Assembly (NCBI RefSeq): GCF_039654945.1
Contig: NW_027362008.1
Span: 3,968,001-4,032,000, forward strand
Direction: 5' to 3'
Length of the DNA stretch: 64,000 nucleotides
Origin: Dendrobates tinctorius
Lineage: Eukaryota
In this document: piece after piece, positions 36,801 to 50,059 of the stretch
How positions within the stretch are numbered: position 1 is the first letter of the stretch
How the letters are laid out: each line of letters begins with the position of its first letter
The notes under the pieces: generated by a model
Seen by the model: only the letters and a program-made list of their open reading frames with translations
Told to the model about the DNA's origin: nothing
The model's database searches: none
Translations under genes and position numbers: made by a program

Positions 36801-36908
36801 TTCTTTCGTCTTTGTTCTTCCTTTCCACTTCTAATAGAAGAGTTCTCAATAGCATTTGTCAGGTGTATGGCTTTTTCTGGTCTTTTGCTTCCCTTCCCAT
36901 GTTGTTCT
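33900..36908 (-). mobile_element. CR1 LINE (CR1-C), truncated at the ORF1 stop; ORF2 has one frameshift near 35845
   Basis: Tail at 33900-33935; ORFs 33996-35840 and 35831-36908. TSD ATTGA (33895-33899, 36915-36919) with 6 extra nt TGAGAA at the 5' junction. Confidence 0.96.
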
Positions 36909-36950
36909 TGAGAAATTGAGAATAATATAATAGAAAAAATGTCTTTGTAA

Positions 36951-37330
36951 GGCTGTGTGCCCACATTGCGCTTTTTCAGAGTTTCCGTGGTGATTTTAAA
37001 CAAGTGATTCTGCCGCTGAAATGCTTAAGAAAATCATTCCATGTTATCATAATTGATTCCGCACATGTTGTGCTAATGGTGCGTATTTTACCGCTGCGGA
37101 ATTGCTTAGCGGTAAAAAACACAGCATGTTCATTAATTTTGTGGAATCGCATGCGATTATGCATACATACACTTGTATTGCAAAAGCGCATAGGAAATCG
37201 CATGTTAAAACATATGACAAATGCATCAAAATTGCTAAAATCTTCAAAACTGCATGCGTTTTTCCAGCTAAGGGTGTGCGTTTCTCCTCAGGAATATTCT
37301 ACTTCAAAACTGCAATGTGGGCACATAGCC
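36951..37330. mobile_element. Harbinger/Tourist-type MITE
   Basis: Same TIRs and site as 19096-19466. Confidence 0.83.
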
Positions 37331-37735
37331 TGAAAGTGGCTTTTCTATCCTCTAGTCTGAGTAGATGGCTGTAATTTTTCATTCTGACGTTTGATCCATC
37401 ATATGATTTTCACTCTGTTCCAGAGTGAAATTGTATTTTCCTCTTTGGTTGTTTTGTAAAAACTCAACATCAATTTTTACAATTATGGTTCTTTCATTTG
37501 CTCCCTTATATAAATGTATATTTCTCTACTTCTGTACTGTGGCTGCTAAGAAGAATTTACAATATACTGCGTTTGTTCTGCGCAATTGAAATACATTCTC
37601 GCCTTTATGCCATGTGGAAATCACATTCCTGATTTTAGCCATGTATGTCTTCACTTGTAATTCATTTACGTTAATTAGATATGTTAATTGTCTTTCACTA
37701 GTGTTCAGCATATTAGTGCTTTCTCGAACAATGCC

Positions 37736-37783
37736 TGTTATCATGACTAAGGGTGCTGGGACACCTGAAACGCGTTGATAACA
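37736..37783 (+). ncRNA. Minimal hammerhead ribozyme variant (copy 3)
   Basis: As 4716-4763, but the stem I 3' arm is GATAACA (the U-G wobble becomes a U-A pair). Confidence 0.72.
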
Positions 37784-38992
37784 CAATCTTATGTACCATT
37801 CATGCTGATATTTTATCTATTCACATCTGAGTGAATAAAGAATTTGTGTTTTCACTTCTGGATCATGGCTTTTTTGTTACATTAGCCATACCTTTCTTTT
37901 CTGGGCAATATAGATGTAAAAGTGTTTTTTAAGTATCAGTTATATTTGTCAATACACTTTTTAAGTGGAACTTATTAGCATGATTTTATAAGCACTTTTT
38001 TGCAAGAGAAATAAAGAAAACAGTAATTTTAACATTTATTTGTAGTTTAAAGTTTGTGTTATCTGATTTGCTGAAAAAATAAAGCAGTAACTGCATTCAG
38101 TAGGTCAGTACTAATATGGTGCTGGTAAATTTGTATAATCTTAATTGTTTTTTATGTTTTGTACAATATACACTTTAAAAAAAACCCATTTTTATACTGT
38201 TTTACAATTTTTTGTTAGTGGCGTGGTATGAAGATTTATTTTTGCCTGAAAATCTGTAGCTTTTGTTGTTAACAGTTTGTTGTACATGCAACTTTTTGAT
38301 CACTTTTACATTATTTAGGAGGCAAAATGAAAGAAAAACACGTAAATTCTGAATTTGTTTTAATATTTTTTTAAACCCCAGTCACTGTTGGGTATAACTG
38401 TCATGGTATCTTTATTTGGTGGACGATATCATCACCATATTCTCATAAACTTCACTTATTTATTTTTCGGTTTATTGTAGGTGACGCTGATTGAGGCTTT
38501 GTTTTTGGTTATATATGCCTTTCTAGTTATTATTTATCTCATTGTTTTGCTGGGAAGCAGAAACAAACAGCTATGAATTGGAAATAGTTGTTATTTTTAT
38601 GGAGTTCGTCCAGCAGTATAATTGACATGATTACTTTATTCTGTGTGCTGATATGATTATGTTCATATCTAAGAAAATCACAATACATTTTTTATAGCTG
38701 TCACATTGTGAGTCAATGCTTTGTATTTTTCTGACTGCAGATCTGTATGAGGACATGTTTTTGGGTAACAAACTAGTTATTTTGGTATAGCATCGGGATA
38801 CATGATTTTTTAATTCAGTTTTTTAGTGAGGTAAGATGAACAAGAATAGCAAGTTTAGCAGTTTCTCACTTTTCCCCTCATACGGCATTGATCATGCACA
38901 ATAAATGATAAGATTGTTTTATAACATGGGTCAGATCAGCAAAATTCAAAATCGCTTAACTGTTTGGATTTTCCCAATCAATTTGATTTTCA

Positions 38993-41282
38993 TAGAATCA
39001 TAGAATCATAGAATCATAGAATCGTAGAGTTGGAAGGGACCTCCTGGGCCATCTGGTCCAACCCCCTGCTCAAAGCAGGATTCGCTAAATCATCCCTGTT
39101 AGATGTCTGTCCAGCCTTTGAAGACTTCCATTGAAGGAGAACTCACCACTTCTCGTGGCAGCCTGTTCCACTCATTGATCACTCTAACTGTCAAAAAGTT
39201 TTTTCTAATATCTAATCTGTGTCTCCTCCCATTCAGCTTCATCCCATTGCTTCTAGTCTTTCCTTGTGCAAATGAGAATAAAGGTGATCCTTCTACAATG
39301 TGACAGCCCTTTAGATATTTGAAGACAGCTATTAAGTCTCCTCTCAGTCTTCTCTTTTGCAAACTAAACATTCCCAAATCCTGCAACCTTTCCTCATAAG
39401 ACAGGGTTTGCAGACCGGTCACCATTCTGGTCGCTCTTTTCTGAACTTGCTCCAGTTTGTTGATGTCTTTTTTAAAATGTGGTGCCCAAAATTGGACACA
39501 ATATTCCAGATGAGGTCTGACCAAAGAGGAGTAGAGGGAAATAATTACTTCACGTGATCTAGACTGTATGCTTCTGTTAATACATCCTAGAATTGCATTT
39601 GCCTTTTTTGCTGCTGCATCACACTGTTGACTCATATTCAGTCTGTGATCTATTAGTATACCCAAGTCTTTTTCACATGTGCTGTCACTTAGCCCTATTC
39701 CTCCCATTCTATATATGCTTTTTTCATTTTTATTGCCCAGATGTAGTACTTTGCATTTCTCCCTGTTAAAAACCATTCTGTTAGTTGCTGCCCACTTCTC
39801 CAGTTTATTTAAATCTTTTTGAATCCTCTCTCTCTCTTCTCTAGTATTAGCTATCCCTCCTAGCTTTGTGTCATCAGCAAATTTAATCAGTTTACCCTCA
39901 ATTCCTTCATCTAAATCGTTGATAAAGATGTTGAACAATACAGGGCCCAGGACAGAGCCCTGTGGTACCCCACTTGAGACATTCTTCCAACTGGATGTGC
40001 AGCCATTTACGACCACTCTTTGGGTCCGATCACTAAGCCAGTTATGAATCCACCTAACAGTTGCCTTGTCCATTCCATACTTAGTCATTTTTTCAATAAG
40101 GATTGTATGAGAGACTTTGTCAAATGCTTTGCTGAAGTCAAGATATACTATATCTACAGCATTTCCTTGATCCACCCAATCAGTGATACCGTCATAGAAG
40201 GAAATTAAATTAGTCTGACATGACTTATTATTTACAAACCCATGCTGACTCTGTTTAATCACTTCATTCTTATCCAAGTATTGACATACATGTTGTTTAA
40301 TAATTTGTTCAAAGATCTTTCCTGGTATAGAAGTCAGACTCACCGGCCTATAGTTGCCTGGGTCCACCTTCTTCCCCTTTTTGAAGATAGGAACAACATT
40401 TGCTCTTCTCCAGTCTTCTGGCACTTCTCCTGTTCTCCAAGAATTTTCAAAGATTATGGAGAGGGGTTCAAAAATTTCTTCTGCTATCTCCTTCAGTACT
40501 CTGGGGTGTAATTCATCTGGACCTGGAGACTTGAATTCATTTAGGTTAGCTAAGTGTTTCCTCACTATCTTTCTGTTTATAGATATCCTGGATTCTTCTA
40601 TTCCCTTAATAGGACAGTGAATAACAGTTGATGTTACATTTCCTTTCTGAGAGAAAACAGATGCAAAATAGGAATTTAAAAGTTCAGCCTTCTCAACATC
40701 CTGTCTTACCATTTCATCATTTTCATCCTGTAAAAATCCTATAGCATCTTTGACTTTTCTTTTACTTTTGACATATCCCCAAAATCCTTTATTATTGCTT
40801 TTGACATCTCTTGCAAGTCTCAATTCATTTTCAGCTTTAGCTAATCTGATTTGTGCCCTGCAGGTTCTGCAGACAGCATTATATTCTTCTTTAGATATGC
40901 CTCCCTCTTTCCATTTTATAAACATTTTTTTCTTCCTTTTTAGCATGTGCTTAAGTTCTGTGTTCATCCATCCTGGTTTCCTTAAATGCTTCCTATTCTT
41001 CCCTCTTTTCGGAATTGTTAACAACTGTGCTTTGAGAATTTCATTTTTCAAGATTTCCCATCCTTCCTGGACATTTTTGTCTTTAAGGATATCCAGCCAT
41101 TGGATCCCTCCAATTCTCTTTCTGAATCCCTTAAAATCTGCCTTTCTGAAATCTAACGTTGACGTCTGAGTCTTCACAGGTCTTCCGCCTCTAGTTATCC
41201 AAAATTCTAAAATAGCATGGTCGCTACCTCCTAGGGTCCCAGCCACTTTTACCTCCTCAACCATTTCCTCCCTGTTTATAAG
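38993..41282 (-). mobile_element. CR1 LINE (CR1-D), 5'-truncated within the endonuclease
   Basis: 8-bp TSD GATTTTCA (38985-38992, 41283-41290). ORF 39099-41264 has a 4-bp deletion near the C-terminus. Confidence 0.96.
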
Positions 41283-42931
41283 GATTTTCAGAGAAGTTAT
41301 TCTCCATGAATTGAGTATCGCTGATTATGTACTGGAATCTCTCCATGCTGATATTTTATCGTCTTTTCAAATCTGAGTGAACAAAGAATTTGTTTTTTCA
41401 CTTCATCGTTAAGCTAGGTCATCTCTTTTTTGGATTTTTTTATTCCAAGACATGGCAGTTCTGTGCTCAGAGCTTCATGATCTATTAACGCTGTGAGATG
41501 GATTGTTTTATATGTCTAATGTAGCGCAACAAGTATAAAAATGTTCTATAGTGAAGGTCAAAACTGGCTCCAGTATGTAACAATAAAAATGAAATAATGT
41601 GAAAACTTTTTTCACTATCTCATAAAGCTAAATTTATAAACCTTTCCAAAAATAAAATGAGATTGGCGTACAAAATCAGCTCATCAAATAAGGAAATTCT
41701 CCCATTACACTAAAAATAAATTTGCAGAAACTGGTACATGACCTGTACCCATAGCGGTGCCATTTACTTGGTGGAAAGGGATGAAATTAAAAATAAAATC
41801 ATTTGAGTCAACTAAACATCCAATAATATTTTAAAACAAACCTGTTTTGTGACTAAAAACAGATCTGCTCATCTCTCATCAGTACATGGGTGGTAGAGGT
41901 TAGCAGTGAAACAATAGAAATTTATTTAGATGCATTTACATTGTTACATGATATGAATACAGTTATGTTAGATGTCTTGTGACTACAGGTAAATGTTCTT
42001 TACCCAATTTAATAAAAAAATCTACTTACATCCAAATCTTCATTTCACTTGACCAAATAGTGAGATGTTGATGTAATTATCCTTTACAGAAACCTCTTGA
42101 TTATGTCTTCTGCTGACATACTCACACTTTTTAAAGAAATGTTTTTATGCAATATTGGCTCGTTCACCCGTCTTAATCTAAAGTCACTGGATGCTTCTAT
42201 AATTAAATGTAAATAAAAAAAAAGAAGGGGTTACCAGATATGAAGATGCTATGCTACTGTGAAGGTAACGTGGCAAATGCATTTCCAGTAGATGTAAAAA
42301 CAGTAAATTTCTGAAGATCATAAAAAAATAGACATCAATCAGCTATAAAAAGCTAACACATGTATTACATTCTTCAATATGTTGTACACTTGGACGGGAT
42401 GGCCATGGGGGTGGCATTCACGCCAAATAAGTATCAACACAATATCTCAGTGCAATTTTGCACATCTTTAATATTGTATAAAATATAGAAAGCCACTTCT
42501 ACTAGATGTCTAATAGCATGTAAATGAAGACTGTTATAGCTCCCATTTACATGAATTACACACGTATATACAAGATGTATGAAGCATGGAACACCTTACT
42601 ATATTAATAAATAATACAATTGAGCAATTTGAAGCAAACACTGCACTCAGCAGCTATTAATCAGGTAATCATAGCAGTGGCCCTAACAATTTCAATACCA
42701 TGGTCATTGCATATTTTAGAAATTTTGTCTCTTGACTTCATGAAACTATCATGAAATAATACAATGAATAACATTTCTCTCTTTAGTTTACCTAATTATC
42801 AGCACAATGGTGAATAGTATCACAGGGCACCACAGGAAATTTCTATCCCTTTGTGTTGTCCCAAACCAGCATTCTCCCTGGAGAGATTTATAAATGTCAG
42901 TTTATATGTAAATGGAGACAGTAAGTCTTGG

Positions 42932-43150
42932 CCAATGACAATATCCCACTAATTAACAACCCCCTGCTCTTCCCAGATATAAACTGTTTCCTCCTCTCAG
43001 TGACATCTACTTCACTCCAGGTATTATTTGTGGTCAGAACTGGCCTCTGAGGAGCATCAAGTTGTAGACTTGTTGGTGTACAGGAGGAGTTCAGCACCGA
43101 CTATCATCTCTTTCAGTAGCAGTAGACATCTTCAATCTCCATCTACAAAG
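42932..43150 (+). promoter_or_regulatory. Putative promoter and non-coding exon 1 of kinase copy 3
   Basis: CCAAT 42932-42936, TATAAA 42978-42983, donor at 43150/43151. Confidence 0.6.
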
Positions 43151-43371
43151 GTGAATATATGATAAGTATAGCACAGCATATAGTAGATGGTATTACTGCA
43201 GATCCCTGGGGAATTATGCAATGCTGGAACATTATTACAGTGACTGCACACTATTATACAATTGTGCATTTCTAGTCGCAGTTTACACGAGGTGATTACA
43301 GTATGTTATTATGGGTCTCAAAGATGTTTCATGCTTTATTCAATGCCATATCTCATTTCATTTTATTCAGA

Positions 43372-45021
43372 ATGGCCACCAACATCAAGGAAGCAAGCAA
43401 GAACACGGCAAAACACCTTCTTCATCTGATATCAGAAACTTCCAAGAACCTGAAGATGATGGAAGTGACTGACCACTTTGAACTTTTGCTAGAACTTGGG
43501 ACTGGATCTTTTGGAAATGTACACATGGGAAAACACAAACATTCAGGTGAGATGATGATGATGGATGATGACTATGAAGATGACTGAGCCATCAGGGTGG
43601 TTTTAGATGAATGTGAAAGATGAAATTGAAATCTGCTTGTACCCTGACAAACTGTACTTGTTAACAATCATTAAGTATGACCCTAGTTGTATCCTATCTA
43701 CAACGTGTCATTAGTATTCTGCACCACTACCCTCTAGTCTTATGAATGCTCCTGTGTAAAGTGATTGATCAGGTTGTTTATATGGTTTTAAAAGTGTTAT
43801 GGAATATGATGAGGATGAACATTAACAATTATAATGTTTATTCAACAGGACAGACCGTGGCAATTAAAATGATGGCAAAGAAGAAGACTCCAGAAGACAA
43901 CTTCTTTCTGGAATATTGCATTTCACAAACCCTCAGCATTCATCGGAACATCATATTTACTCACGACATCTTCTTCCATACCAGTAGGGATTTTGTGTTT
44001 GTTCAGGAAGTGGCACCGGCCGGAAATCTCCAGTCCATCCTTGTACCTAAAGTAAGATCTTAAGCTGTTCTCCACTTTTACATATTCAAGCATTATTCAT
44101 ACTGCTGAAGAAAAAAAATAGTGGTCTTTATTGTAGATCTGACATCTAACATTACCCTATTTCCTCAGATTTAATAAACTCATATTTCTGTAAGTAGCAG
44201 TATGGGACCCCCATAATTAGGCAGGTTTAGGTTGTATGAGTATGTGTGAGCTAGTAAAATCCTCTATGTGAGAGATATTTAATTTTTAGTGGAAATCTCA
44301 CATTATAGAGGATATCTGATTAATAGCAGAGTAGAACTGATGTCTGCAGGAATTATATCTACTAGTAGAAGATATCTATAAGTCTTCTGTTCTTTTATAT
44401 CAGATATGTTTTCCCTTCTGCTGTTCAGCTGTGTAATCTTCTGTGTTGTCTTTTTCTTAGGTCGGCATGCAGGAGGACATGTTGAAGCGTTGTGTTCCTC
44501 AGATCGCCAGTGCTCTGGACTTTATGCATAACAGAGGAATGGTTCATCGGGATATCAAGCCGAATAATATTCTTCTGATGGATGCAGAATGTCACTGGAT
44601 AAAGCTGGCAGACTTTGGACTCACCAGGCTCCAGGGCACATTTGTTCCTTTTGTGCCCTGGTATAAACCCTACACTGCTCCAGAGCTCTGCTGCCTTAGA
44701 CCAGGAGAACAGTTGTTGCTACATCCTAGTCTTGATGTCTGGGCTTTTGGTGTAGTAATTTATTATGCTCTTTCTGGACTCTTTCCTTGGCATGGGGCAA
44801 AACGCGGTGATCGAGATTATAAAGAGTTTGCCTGGTGGCAGGTTGGAAGGGATCTGTCAAAAGCTCCAAAAAAGTGGAAGAAAATTTCAGTGGAGGCCAG
44901 AGTAATGTTCTGGGAACTGCTTCAAATAAATGCCTCTAAGAGAGGCTCGGCCATTGACATTCTAAAATTTATGCACTTGCCATGGAAAGCCGAGGAATGT
45001 TCAGAGACCGAAGCAACCTGA
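43372..45021 (+). CDS. SBK1-like: SBK1-like kinase, copy 3 (312 aa); exons 43372-43546, 43849-44051, 44461-45021
   Basis: Intact splice sites and ORF; 9 aa differences from copy 1. Confidence 0.92.
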
Positions 45022-48000
45022 TATGTTGAATCTATGACAAACTGCAATATGATATTTGTTTTTTTAATCAATAATGTCTACAAAGCAGACTGTGAACTAT
45101 TGTAAATAGCTCAATAAATGAATAAAACAGACTTGAATCTTACTAAAGTTTGTCTCGAGAAAAACAGAAAAAAATATAGAAGTTACGGGTATACGAACAT
45201 GGGACACTCCCAAAACATTTTTTAAGTCAGTTTTTTTCATAAAAGTAACAAAACATAAAAAGTGATATAGAAAAGGAATTGTCATGGTATTGCTATTCAC
45301 ATTCTACATATTTCACATTGACATGCTTTAGCACTACAGAGTGCATCTTTTTTGTTTATTGAAAATGAAGGTAACTGCAGCTAGTTGGCTCCTGTTCACA
45401 TTAGCTTGGAAGTGCCAGTCTTTTTGTCACTAAAAAAATAATACTGGTACTTTATTCCCAAATTTGATAAATATGCTGAGCCTCCATCTTGCTATTTGCA
45501 CTGGATATTATGCCCATTGGTTAAGAAAACTCCCTTGGTTATACAGGACTCAAGATTTTTTACAAATACAGGATGATTTTGATTGACAAGAATTATTGCA
45601 GCTGGTGACAATCCTTGTGCTTTTGCTTTGCACACAATTCCTTTCAATTTGCAGGACCCTGGTATAACCAGGCAGCTGATACAGCAATGGATTCACCAGT
45701 TGCCGTGACTTGTATACTGTATATATTTTTTGGAGAAAGATACTTAATTTGAACAATCCATTTCTATTACATATCAAATTATTCTTACAATTTAAAGACA
45801 ATATTCTTATAGTAAGAAGAGATGTGTCTTTTACTTTTTGGAAAGCATGCAGTAAAAAATAAAATCATTATGAGTCAGCACAAATTCTAATAATTTGAAA
45901 ACAAAACTCTTGAGTGACTGAATATGATTGCCCTTTGTGCTCAAAAATATTTTACTGCCTGAGTTCCCAATTCATAACAGATTCTGGTATAAAATGTCTC
46001 AATGTAAAGTCTCACTATCATTCTTGTGGGTGGCCAGGACTTCCAGCATCACCAGACCTCTGACTTCACTGTGCCTTTGTTGGGAAAAAACTTGGCACTC
46101 ATAGTAAAATCAGAGGATTTTATATTTGAATTTATTTAACATTGTCGGAGAAGAGATTTCTATTTCTACTTGGGTAGTTTCTGTCTTATGGGTACCTATG
46201 CAATGAAGCATAATGAGAGAGACAGACTGCTCGCTGTGTTTCCAAATCGTCTCTAAGGTTTATTGACAGTGTGAACTTTTATAGAACAAGATCAAAAAGA
46301 AATGAAGAATACATAAGAATTGGCAAAATAGAAAGGGAGGTTACACAATCGTTGACATAAAAAGGTAGGTTATACAATGAGTTGTCAACCACATCCTCGG
46401 ACACAAGATAAAATTAAATGAAAAATGACAGGAATACAGGGGTGCTTTCCAAAAGTCAATGTGCTCTAAGTTAATAGTCATGAGTTCATATTCAAAAGAT
46501 ATTTTTCTAAAAAGATGTTAGAACATTTCACCTCAAAAGGGAAGAGAATGCATGTCCTTCAGATTTTCTGGGAATTGTAGGAACTGACCATTAGCCATAG
46601 GACTGTGACCACATAGACAGATGATAACTGGATGTCACGACTAGTGACGAGTTCGCTGCCGAGCCAACACCTCCACGTCGACGACCACGACGATGTGGGG
46701 TGAGCGTCCCAAGTGGGGATGGAATGTGGACCCACTGGACCACAGGGGGGACCCAGGCCTACCCAGACTAGGGAAGAGTAGCGACCGGGGTCTGTGGCAG
46801 CTGAGCATGTGGACGAGGAGGCAGAATGACATGACACCGCACACTTCAGGTATAGACATAAAGTTTACTTGAACAAGACATGGTACATAAACGAAACAGT
46901 TATGCAAGGCTCCCGGTTCCGCACATCAGGGAAGGGTACATGTCTCAGGATAACAGAAGAAAGGCAGGAGGTCATTACGGGTTGAGCAGTCCAGGGTTGT
47001 CTGGCATGGGTATACTAGGGCGGCCTCTTCCTCAGTCCTCAGGGGTAGCAAAGGGTCACCAGGAGAATATCAGACACCGACCACAAACAGACTTCAGAAA
47101 ATGGCAGGCATTGTCTGACATTTCAATCACATCCATACACGCAGTACTTCTGTATTCTCCCGCTACCCGTATTTTATCAAAAAAGCTCTAATGCCAATGG
47201 ACAAAAACATAAATCTTATCTATTTATAGAAACTCTTGGTTGGTTCACTATATCCTCTAATTAGTGTCCTATCTGAGTACCCGGTTGCATACAAAAAAAT
47301 TGAGCAATTATATTCACATATTGTCTTCACGTGATTTTCCCACTTCATTACAAACTCCCACCCGGTTCCTTCCATTAGGTTTTTCCAAGGAGCAACTAAC
47401 CAGAGAGTTTTATCTTAATCGCTGCTTTGAGCAACAAAAAGGCTGTTTATACACTGAGCACACATCATTTAGTCTCCATACATCAACAGAGCTGCTTTAC
47501 AGTAGTACGAAATGAATATGTTGAAGTGTATTTTCCTGGGCCCAACCAGTATGTGGGTACCAAGGTGTAATGGGGTGCATAGGACTATGCAGCAGGGCAG
47601 ACATTGCTGTCACTCTGTAAACAAAAGAGTAGGGGAGAACCGTATGAATATGGTGAAGTGTATTTTTTTCCTGGGCCCATCCAGTATGTGGGTTCCAAGT
47701 GTTTAATGGGGTGCATATGACTATGGTATGAATCTCGGAAAAAAATATTTAAAGCTGTGAACTAGGAGTCAGGAATGCTTCCAGGGGCGATCCCCATGAA
47801 TTCCCCATTTCATTTGAGCAGTGTTTAAATCATTTTCAGATGTTTCTAGACCTTAAAATGACCCCCTTGGGGGATCACAGCAAAAATGCTCGGGTTTCCC
47901 ATAGACTTATATTGGGCTCGTTGTTCTGTCCGAGTACCCAAGTATTACAATTTGCTCGACCCGAACAACGAGTGCCCAAGCATTTTAGTGCTCGCTCATC

Positions 48001-48437
48001 ACTAATCCCAGTACTTAAAAAGCGATACTCAATTCATGGAGAATAACTTCTCTGAAATTCAAATTAATTGGGAAAATCCAAACGGTTAAGCGATTTTGAA
48101 TTTTGCTGATCTGACCCATGTTATAAAACAATCTTATCATATATTGTGCACGATGAATGCCGCATGAAGGGAAAAGTGAAAAACTGCTAAACTTGCTATT
48201 CTTGTTCATCTTACCTCACTAAAAAATTGAATTAAAAAAATCATGTATCCCAACGCTGTACCAAAACAACTAGTTTTGTACCCAAAAACATGTCCTCATG
48301 CAGATCTGCATTCAGAAAAATAAAAAGCAATGACTCTCAATATGACAGCTATAAAAAACATATTGTGATTTTCTTGGGTATGAACATAATCATGTCAGCA
48401 CACAGAATAAAGTGAACAAGTCAATTATACTGCTTAC

Positions 48438-49599
48438 GTTTGAAAATCCACCAGGCTTCCCTATTTTGTAATGTAACCTCCGTATCACCCCCTCTGATGG
48501 GTGTGTGTATTTTTTCAATTGCATACACCAGAAGTGTTTTCAGGTCATCTTTATGACATTCAATAAAATGTTTTGACACCTGAGATGTGTTCCTTTCCAT
48601 GTTAATATTCTCTGTGTCATAGATGTGTTCCCCAATTCTTTTCTTCAGCTTGCGTTTTGTGCTTCCAACATGTTTTAGATGGCAGAAGGTGCACTCCATA
48701 ATATATACCAAGGTTTTAGTGCTACAATTGATAAAGGTTTTAGTAGCAAAATTCTTGCTTTCACTAGAATCTCCAAAGCTAGAGCTCTCTTTAGTGTATT
48801 TACAGGACTTAGCGCCACACTTATAAAAACCCTTGGTTTTCTGCCAATTTGTGGATTGAATTTGAGACATATTCAAAAAACTTGGCAAAAGGCTCTGACC
48901 TAAAGATGGTGCTCTCCTAGAGTCTATTCTAAATCCTTTCCCTATAATACTATCTATATCTGGATCCTCTTTTAATACAGATAAATTATTTTGAATAATT
49001 CGTTCAATAGAGGCAAACTGGTTACTACACTGCGAGACCAATGTTACAGGAGTGACTGAATGTTCATGTGTGTTACACTTAGGTTTGAATCGCGGTTTTT
49101 GAGCCACAATGTTTTCAGCTTTGCTTAAACTCCATTGGGTATAACCCCTTTGGGTCAATCACTGCTTAATGTTAGAAACTTCCTGTTGATAATCTGTATT
49201 TGTGCTACAATTGCATTTAGCTCTTGTCATCTCCCCAACAGGTATACTTTTAATTGTATGTTTAGGATGATGGCTTTTTCCATGGAGTATAGCATTGCCT
49301 GCTGTGTTCTTTCTAAATTTTTGTGTTACTACAGGTTTACCTGAAATTCCTTGTAAAATCAAATAAAAAAAATCAATGCATGAAATTTTATGGCGGACCA
49401 CAAATTTTAAATTCAAGGGATTGCAATTAATATAAAAATTAAAATCCTGTATGGCAGATACATCAGAATTCCAGATGATAATGATATCATCTATGTATCT
49501 GCCTTACCAATAGACACAATCTTTAAATGGATTATTTACAGTATAAATATACAGCTCTTCCCACCAGCTCATTACCAAGTGAAATTAGCAAGTGAAGTT
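48438..49599 (-). mobile_element. Penelope-like RT/GIY-YIG fragment (unit 3)
   Basis: ORFs 48421-49158 and 49159-49416. Confidence 0.88.
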
Positions 49600-50059
49600 G
49601 TCAAGCGATCCACTATATGACCAAGATGAAAATCTTTCTTTGCAATTGCGGCTTGTTCCCAGTCAACTTACGTGCATCGTTATATTTTACTTTTGGTTAT
49701 GTGTGTTTTTCCATGCGTTATTCATCCTGTTTTGAATGTGAATGTTTTTTCTTTGTCATCTAGGAATATTTAACACCATCCACTATATGATTAAGATATA
49801 AAGTATTTTTCGCAATTGCGGCTTGTTCCTCGCTAGTTTATGTGGATTGTTATGCAGGAGCATATTGCTATCTGTGTTTTTTTATGCGATGTAGATCTGG
49901 TTTTGAATTAAATTGTTTTCATTTTTGCTTTCACCTAGGTACTTTTACCCTCCTCCGCTGAAATTGTGTTTTTAGATCTGTGTCTCTTACTATTACTCTA
50001 TGACACTCAGTGTATGATAGAGAGAAATGTATTTTTCTTCTTTCTATGATTGTTATTGA

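Noticed and set aside
35831-37003. 390-aa ORF apparently fusing flank/MITE sequence to the CR1 endonuclease
   Set aside because: It starts at TTG, not ATG, the N-terminal 32 aa are non-coding flank, and this CR1 is frameshifted before the RT.
12114-45021. Positive selection among kinase copies
   Set aside because: Roughly equal counts of synonymous and nonsynonymous differences imply dN/dS below 1; there are too few changes for more.
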